Shown: piece by piece, positions 57,129 through 64,000 of the stretch
Position numbering within the stretch: the stretch's first letter is position 1
Layout of the letters: each line of letters opens with the position of its first letter
Assembly: GCA_000004695.1 (NCBI GenBank)
Contig: CM000153.2
Coordinates: 512,001 to 576,000, forward strand
Origin: Dictyostelium discoideum
Lineage: Eukaryota
Direction of reading: 5' to 3'
Length of the DNA stretch: 64,000 nucleotides
Notes under the pieces: generated by a model
The model's database searches: none
What the model saw: the letters and a program-made list of their open reading frames with translations, nothing else
Told to the model about the DNA's origin: nothing
Program-made: the position numbers and the translations under genes

Positions 57129-60100
57129 CTATATTGATTTTCATTTTGAGATAAAGATAATAAAAGTTGTTCATCGAAATGTTTACCAAAATTAACATCT
57201 TCAGATAGACCTTTTCTCTTACGAGTTTTGATTAAAAGTTCACGAGCCAAATGAAGTTTTGGAGAAGGTTCTAATGGACGAAGTTTAATTGATTTATCTA
57301 AAGGATCACCTGGAACCACTTGCCAATGATCAAATGTTGAAAGACAGAAAGCTTGACCTTGAGTATGAACTCTAAGATCGGTTTCAAAACCATATGAATC
57401 CAATACGGGTATTAAAGCTTTTGTAATGTGAAGTGGTGTACCAGGTTTTGGCAAGTCATGAATGATATGACCACGACGACGTGTTAAAACATTTTCGATT
57501 GCATTGAGACAATCGATTGGTGAGATTACTTCAACTAGATAAACAGGCTCCATTAAACGTGGTGTTGATACTAAAAATGATGAATGTGTTACAGAACGTG
57601 CGGCAGGTACAATATGGCCACTGGATCTTTGAATTGGTTCAGAGGCAATGGTGGCATCCAATAGTTTGAATTTTACATTTCTAATTGGTTCATCAACCAA
57701 TGGACCTTCTTTAGTGGCCCATTGGAAGCCTCTAACCACGGAATCAGAGATGGATAATAGAAGGGATCTGTTCACTTCAGTTGGGAGGGTATCGTTCAAT
57801 AGGATATTTGGACCATTGATATCTGGACCAAATGCCCAAATCGAATTGGAGGCTAAAACATCCCAGTCGTACTTTGATTGGAAATATTCTGATCTCTTTT
57901 TCTTTGGCCAATCCAGTTTCACCATACCATTTTCAATATCATCGGCTAATCCATTCTCCAATGGTTCAGCGATCATTGTTAGACGATTCTTTTTATTTTG
58001 AGTATCAGCATAACATTTAATTGATGAAGTTTCAACGATTGTTTCTGTCAATGTGATAACTGGATCATCTACTTTGATTTCAATCTCTGTATACATTAAT
58101 CTAAGGTCATGTAAAATACAATCTAAATAAAGCTCACCTGTACCTAAAATAACATGTTCACCCGATTCCTCAGCCTTTGTAATTGCCAATGGATAGGATT
58201 TATCGATCTTTCTTAAACCATCCAACATCTTTGGTAATTCCGATGGATTGATTGGTTCGATTGCAACCTTACAAACTGATTTAGTTATGAAATGAAGTGG
58301 ACGGAAAATATGTGCCCTATTCTCATCCTCGTCAGATGATAAATCTTTTTTTGAGGTAATGGTGGCAGTCTTTACGATTGGACCATCGACACCATCTAAT
58401 AAAACCCACATACCTGCTTGTGCTTTTTCAATCTCGATTTTATAACGTGCTTCACCAATGAAAACGCCTTCACATTCACATTCTTCCATATCTTCTTCAT
58501 TATTATCTGGTGAGTATTTTTCACGTAAAACTCTAATGGATTGACCTTTACTAATGCTACCAGACATAATACGACCTAAACAATCGAATCCTTTACCATC
58601 GGGTTTTGATAATAACTTTGTGATATAAATTAGCAATGGACCCTTTGGATCACATTCCACCAATGACCTGCCATACTCACCATTCAATGGACCTGTATAG
58701 AGTGTTGTTGCTTTACGTCTAGCATTATCAATTGGTGATGGTAATGCTGCCAACATATCTACAAATGCATTTGATTTACCACCGAAAAATGAACCCAATA
58801 CAACTCTTAACAATGGTCTAATATCTAAATTATAAGTTTCTTTTGAAAGTTTAATACCCAATTCTCTTAGGGTTGCTTCAACCACTGGTTTCTCTTCACT
58901 AATTACAGTTGAATAAATCTTATAAATTGGATTTAAAATAAAGTGTACAAATGATCTTACATGTTCACCATTTCCTGATGCTTGTTTTCTAAACATACGT
59001 GTACTTTCATTAAAATAAAGATCACCCCATAATCTTTTAGCAAATTCACTACTCTTAAAACCACCACCATAAGTTTCAATATAAATATTTGCGAATGATT
59101 CTAAACTAAAACACCAACCCATTTCTGAACTTGCAAAAATAACATTACCTAATTCTGGTGATACTTTAATCTTTTCATTAGCACTACCTCTAGTATTACC
59201 ATCACTACCACCACTACCACTACCATGTGAACATAAATCTAAAATTGAATTAACTTCATCAATTGTATGTTTTAATTTAAAATATGCATCTACTGGTGGT
59301 AATTTTAATTCTAATATTAATCTATCCATTTTATTTATAACAACACAAATTGATAAACCTTCAGCAACAGCATGTTTAATTAATCTTTCAGTTTGCATCA
59401 TTACACCTTCTAATGCATCAATGATAATTACAGCAATATCTGATAATGCAATTGATGCAGTAACTTCATCTAAAAAGTTTGGATGTCCTGGTGTATCTAA
59501 TATATTAATTAAATATGATTTATCTTTTGAATTTGGTAAAACTAATGACATTGGTGTTGACTTTATTGATATTAATCTTTCTTGTTCATCATTTCTAGTA
59601 TCTGTATATCTCATCTATTTTTTTTTTAAAAAATTAAATTAAATTAATATATATATATATCTTTTTATAAAATATAATATATATTTATATACTTACTGGT
59701 TTTGAACTTAACCATTTCTTTTCATGAGTTTGTTGAAATAACATATCCATGAATGAAGTTTTACCATGATGTAATTGACCGATTAAAGAAACATTTCTAA
59801 TGAATTGTGGATATGTTGATAAATCGGTTAAAAATTGTTTAGAATAACTTGTTTCTGGATAATCTTTTTCAGTGATTGTAAATGATTTATTTTTCTTTGG
59901 ATCAATGATTGGTTTTGATAATGGTTGTGAATCTTCATCTTGTACCATAACTTCAACACCTTTATAAACATCTGATGCATCTGGAAAATATTGTTTATCT
60001 TCATGTAATACAATTGCTGATGTTGTTGAAATTTGTATATTATCTCTATCTATATTCATTTCATCACCACCATCATTATCTCCTGTTTCTTCTATATGTG

Positions 60101-60263
60101 CTTCATCGTCATTATATTGTTGTTGTTGTTGTTGTTGGTTTGGTTTTCTATCCTCTTCCTCCTCCTCTTCTTGTTGTTGCTGTTGTTGATCATATGTTAC
60201 TTCTTCATCTTCTAAACTTTCTCCAATATAATTACCAAATTCATCATATAAATTATCTGACAT
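57125..60263 (-). CDS. eftud2: U5 snRNP 116-kDa GTPase (Snu114/EFTUD2, EF-2 family), ~1018 aa, two exons complement(join(57125..59614, 59697..60263))
   Basis: Exon 1 encodes MSDNLYDEFGNYIGESLEDEE...VLHEDKQYFP...IRNVSLIGQLHHGKTSFMDMLFQQTHEKKWLSSKP (human MDTDLYDEFGNYIGPELD...VLHEDKKYYP...[28 protein letters not shown]). After a GTAAGT...ATAG intron (82 nt), exon 2 encodes MRYTDTRNDEQERLISIKSTPMSLVLPNSKDKSYLINILDTPGHPNF...GVMMQTERLIKHA...INKMDRLILELKLPPVDAYFKLKHTIDEVN..., near-colinear with human EFTUD2 to the C-terminus. Confidence 0.85.
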
Positions 60264-60497
60264 TATTAATTATAATTCTATATGAATAAAAATAATATTA
60301 TATATATAAATATATATTTTAATTTACAAAATGTGAATGCTCAAATCACGCACACACCAATGAAAATTCACAAATAAAAAATAAATTTAAAAATAAAAAT
60401 AAAAATAAAAAAAAAAAAAAAAAATGAAAATTTCGAAAAGTGAAATTTTTACAATTAACATGTTGTAATTTTTTTTTTTTTTTCATTAATTAAATTA

Positions 60498-60539
<42 letters not shown>

Positions 60540-60565
60540 TAAATAAATAATAAAAATAAATAATA
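60264..60565. promoter_or_regulatory. ~300 bp bidirectional promoter shared by the Snu114/EFTUD2 (-) and AAR2 (+) genes
   Basis: The start codons lie at 60263 (- strand) and 60566 (+ strand), head to head. The interval is AT-rich with an (AAT)n tract. Confidence 0.55.
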
Positions 60566-62122
60566 ATGGATAATGAAAAAGCTAGAGAATTAAATGAAAA
60601 ATATGCAACATTATTAATATTAGATGTACCAGAAGGTTCAACAATTGGAATTGATAATAAAGTTTGGACGTCAGGTCCAATGTTTAAAGGTGTTAAAATG
60701 ATACCACCTGGTGTTCACATGTTTCATTGTACTTCTTCAAATGAATATGGTGATAGTGTTTTAATATCTAGTAGTTTTATATGGGTGAATGAAATCAATA
60801 ATAATAAAAAGAATAATAATAATAATAATAATAAAGATAATTATGTTGGTGAAGAAACTAATGGTTCACAACAAGTTTTCATAAAACGTTGGAATAAAGA
60901 AGAAGAAGATTTCTTTCCGGATCAGTCAATTACTGAACAAGAGATTCAATCTTATACATATGCAGTTAGAAACTTTGAATTTGATAAAAATCTTGCACCA
61001 TATCCATTCGATGGTACTCAAATTCAATGGAATTTACTAACATCACATATCACCAAATCCCTATTGGATAGAATTTTACCAATTTCAAATATCATAAATG
61101 GAGATTCATGTTCATATGATCAACAACAAAATAGTGCTTCTTCAAAAAAAGAAAAAAAACTTTTAAATGATTTAGATTTAAAATTAAAACAATTTAATGA
61201 ATCAAGAGGATCACCCTCAACAAGTAGCACCACCACCACCACCACCACCACCACCACCACCAGTAGTACTACTAATAATAGTAAATCAAAGAATTGGGGT
61301 GTACCATATTTTTCAAAAATACCAAAAAATCCAATAATTCAAAATTCAACAGCAACGACAACAACAGGTAATAATAGTATTGATATTAGTAATTTAAGTA
61401 AATGGAATATTGATAAATCTGAATGTATTGAATTTATAATTAATAAATATTATAAAGATAATGAAATGGATTTATTAGGTGAAATTGAATTTTGTTTTGT
61501 GTTATTTATATTTGGTATGACATGGTCAGGATTTCAACAATGGAAAGAATTGGTGACGTTGTTTCTATCATGTGATGAATTAGTTTTAAAGAAACCAATA
61601 CTTTTTATTGAATTTTTTAAGATATTAAAAAATCAATTACAAGAAGCACCAAATGATATGTTTGAATCGGAATTGTCAAATAGAGTATTCATTAAACCAT
61701 TACTAAAACAATTCATTGAATCAGTTTATAATCCTGAATTTACAAATCTTGAACAATTATCACCAATTCAATTACAATTATTTAAAACAATAATTGATTT
61801 AAAAAATTATGTTTCAAATAAATTTAATTGGAATTTAAATTTATTTAATCAAATTAATTTTAATAATAATTATAATGAAAATAATAATAAACCATTTGGA
61901 ATTAAAAAAGAATATAATGAAAATAATAAAAATAAAGATGATGATGATGATGAAGATGATGATGATGATGAAGAAGAAGATAATAATAATAATAATAACA
62001 ATAGTAATGAAAAATCAATTAATTATCAACAACAAAATAACTATGACAATGAAGATTATGATAGTGAAGATGATGAATATAAACCTGTATTAGTAATGGA
62101 TACTGATATGAATTATTTGTAA
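60566..62122 (+). CDS. aar2: AAR2 splicing factor homolog (U5 snRNP assembly factor) with N-rich and acidic insertions
   Basis: ORF of 518 aa. [44 protein letters not shown] matches human AAR2 ([44 protein letters not shown]). Further similarity includes LAPYPFD (human LGPYPY) and [13 protein letters not shown] (human GELQFAFVCFLLG). Confidence 0.75.
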   Translation: [518 protein letters not shown]

Positions 62123-62407
62123 ATAAATTTTTTAAAAAAATAAAATTATATTTTTTTTTTTTTTTTTTTTTTTCAGTTTTAATATCAAGATTCTTAATAA
62201 AGTATTTTTTTTTTTTTTTTTTTTTTTACTAAAAAAACATTAACCAAAATAAAAATTTAATTTAATTTAAATTTAATTAAATTATTATTTTTATTTTTTT
62301 TTTTATTTTTTTTTTTCAATTTTTTTTTTTTTTTTTTGTTTTTTTTTTTATTTTTTTTTTTTTTTCCCAATATATTGAAACCTTCATTTAATATTATGTA
62401 ATAAATA

Positions 62408-64000
62408 ATGACGGATAATAAACAATCCTCAATACCTTCTTCCCCACCTATTGTGGTACCAACAACTACAACAGATATTAATTCATTTACATCTTCTCCA
62501 ACCTCAACACAAGGTTCAATGACACCAAACCCAAATGTTATTATACCAACACAACCACCAACACAACCAATAACTCAATCAAATTCAACATCTACTCCTT
62601 CTTCTTCTTCTTCATCTTCAAATAAAACATTTGAATCAATATTAGAATCATGGAAATTATTTAATATTGATAAAAAAAAGAATGAATTTGGTGATAATGT
62701 AACACAAATTGGTGCATTAAAAGAAGATTGTCTAAAGAGTAGAAAAGTATTAGCAAAACAAACACAAGATTTTAAAAAGTTTACAGATGATGAAAAGATT
62801 AAACAATTTGGATCACTTTTAAAACTTTATCAAGATGAAGTTGATAAACTCACCAAACGTAGTAAATTCACCGAGACAGTATTCCTTGGTATGTATAAGG
62901 ATTTGAATGAGATATCAGATCCTGTACCTGCATTGAGTGCAGCATTGGAGGAATGCTCAAAAGTTGATCAAACCACTAAATTAGAGATAGAGAATAGAAA
63001 ATTACAAATGCAGCTAACCGATTTCAAAAAGGAGTTTCAAGAGATTCAAAATCAAGAAGTCACAATCCGAAGATTGGAAGATAAAATCAAAGAGATGAAT
63101 TCCGAGCGTTCCGAATTCATTTCAATGGATAAATTGAATTTAAAAGAACAAGAGTTGAAACAAGAATTTCAACAACAGCTACAAGCTTCGAAACAACGTG
63201 AACAACAATTACAAAAACAAAATGACCAATTACAAGATGAACTTACCAAAATCTCCATTACAAATAATCAAATTCAAAATCAACTATTGGATATTAAAAC
63301 CAAATACGAGGATGAATTGCAATCTAAACATTCAGAGATTGAAATGCTAACTGTTGAATTCGATAGAGTTCAATCTAAACTCACCACACTTCAACGTGAG
63401 AATCTATCAATTCGTGAGGAATCAATGGTTGAAAAGAATTCCCTAACACCAATGGTTAAAAGAGTAGCCGATTTAGAGTTGGAAATGTTACAAAAAGAAA
63501 CTGAAACCTCTAAATTGGTCGACCAAATTCAAGAGTTAAAAACTCACATTTCAACACAACAAGATGAGAAATCAAATCTTTCAAGACTTTATGAAATTGA
63601 AAAGGAAAAAGTTGAAAAACTTGATAAATACATTCAAAATAATCCATCACCTTCTGAGGTTGAATTAATTAAAAAAGAACTATTAACCTTAAAAGCAATT
63701 GTTGATCAAGATGAAATTAATAAAGCAATAATTGATCAAGAAAAAGATAATAATCAAAATAATACTACTAATAACACTGGTGGTGGTAGTGATAAACTAT
63801 TAAAAGATAAAAATAGACAATTAGAAAATGAATGTACACGTTTACGTCTTTTAACAAATACACAAGAATCTGAATTAATTGAAAAGAATTTAGCAATTGA
63901 TGAATTACAAAAAGTTAAAGATGAACAATTATTATTAATTCAAAGATTAGAAGAAGATTTATCAAATGGTGGTGTTATTAATGGTTTAAATTCAAATGGT
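62408..64000 (+). CDS. CASP (CUX1 alternatively spliced product)-like Golgi coiled-coil protein, N-terminal ~530 codons; continues past the window end
   Basis: MTDNKQSS..., then ...KKFTDDEKIKQFGSLLKLYQDEVDKLTKRSKFTETVFLGMYKDLNEISDPVPAL...QEIQNQEVTIRRLEDKIKE...LLDIKTKYEDELQSKHSEIEMLTVEFDRVQ matches human CASP (..[102 protein letters not shown]). No in-frame stop occurs before 64000. Confidence 0.7.
   Translation, partial: MTDNKQSSIPSSPPIVVPTTTTDINSFTSSPTSTQGSMTPNPNVIIPTQPPTQPITQSNSTSTPSSSSSSSNKTFESILESWKLFNIDKKKNEFGDNVTQIGALKEDCLKSRKVLAKQTQDFKKFTDDEKIKQFGSLLKLYQDEVDKLTKRSKFTETVFLGMYKDLNEISDPVPALSAALEECSKVDQTTKLEIENRKLQMQLTDFKKEFQEIQNQEVTIRRLEDKIKEMNSERSEFISMDKLNLKEQELKQEFQQQLQASKQREQQLQKQNDQLQDELTKISITNNQIQNQLLDIKTKYEDELQSKHSEIEMLTVEFDRVQSKLTTLQRENLSIREESMVEKNSLTPMVKRVADLELEMLQKETETSKLVDQIQELKTHISTQQDEKSNLSRLYEIEKEKVEKLDKYIQNNPSPSEVELIKKELLTLKAIVDQDEINKAIIDQEKDNNQNNTTNNTGGGSDKLLKDKNRQLENECTRLRLLTNTQESELIEKNLAIDELQKVKDEQLLLIQRLEEDLSNGGVINGLNSNG

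Overview
This is an AT-rich (~75-80% A+T) eukaryotic window with (CAA)n/(AAT)n-rich coding regions, short GTAAGT/GTATGT...AG introns and 'AAAATG' start contexts. That combination is the signature of a dictyostelid social amoeba, very probably Dictyostelium discoideum. Nothing prokaryotic is present: no CRISPR, no operons, no rRNA, and no tRNA that I could find. All genes were read by eye from the ORF track plus manual splice-site inspection. Exon boundaries are approximate (±1-3 nt), and one ORF-track frame did not reconcile exactly with my hand translation near line breaks.

About 20 protein-coding genes are present, most with 1-3 short introns, and several ORFs in the track are really exons of one gene. 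In order along the window they are:
- MtnA/MRI1 N-terminus (partial, window start)
- a small hypothetical
- a polyQ PYM homolog
- dcp2 (Box A + Nudix, 3 exons)
- a divergent pair of Tgr-family-like IPT/TIG single-pass membrane proteins sharing a ~0.85 kb repeat-containing promoter
- AP-4 beta adaptin (4 exons)
- an N-rich F-box/LRR-like protein
- MEKK-alpha-like kinase with PB1, kinase, F-box and WD40 (4 exons)
- a ~5 kb gene-poor AT/homopolymer region with a 100-N gap
- a DHA2-type MFS transporter with a long disordered N-terminus
- a 3-exon polyQ hypothetical
- a second 100-N gap
- a 356-aa G-alpha subunit (3 exons, Gα1-like)
- a 1603-aa acidic/N-rich protein
- a secreted Erv/ALR-like sulfhydryl-oxidase-domain protein
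- WASH complex subunit SWIP (4 exons)
- a 1238-aa N/Q-rich protein
- Snu114/EFTUD2 (2 exons) head-to-head with AAR2
- the CASP/CUX1-like Golgi tether N-terminus (partial, window end)

The most interesting locus is the Tgr-like divergent pair (6.0-12.7 kb). Both paralogs show a mirrored signal-peptide mini-exon architecture. The intergenic promoter is built from direct repeat modules. The left paralog carries an apparent +1 frameshift in a homopolymer. Its cytoplasmic tail is made of nested tandem repeats.
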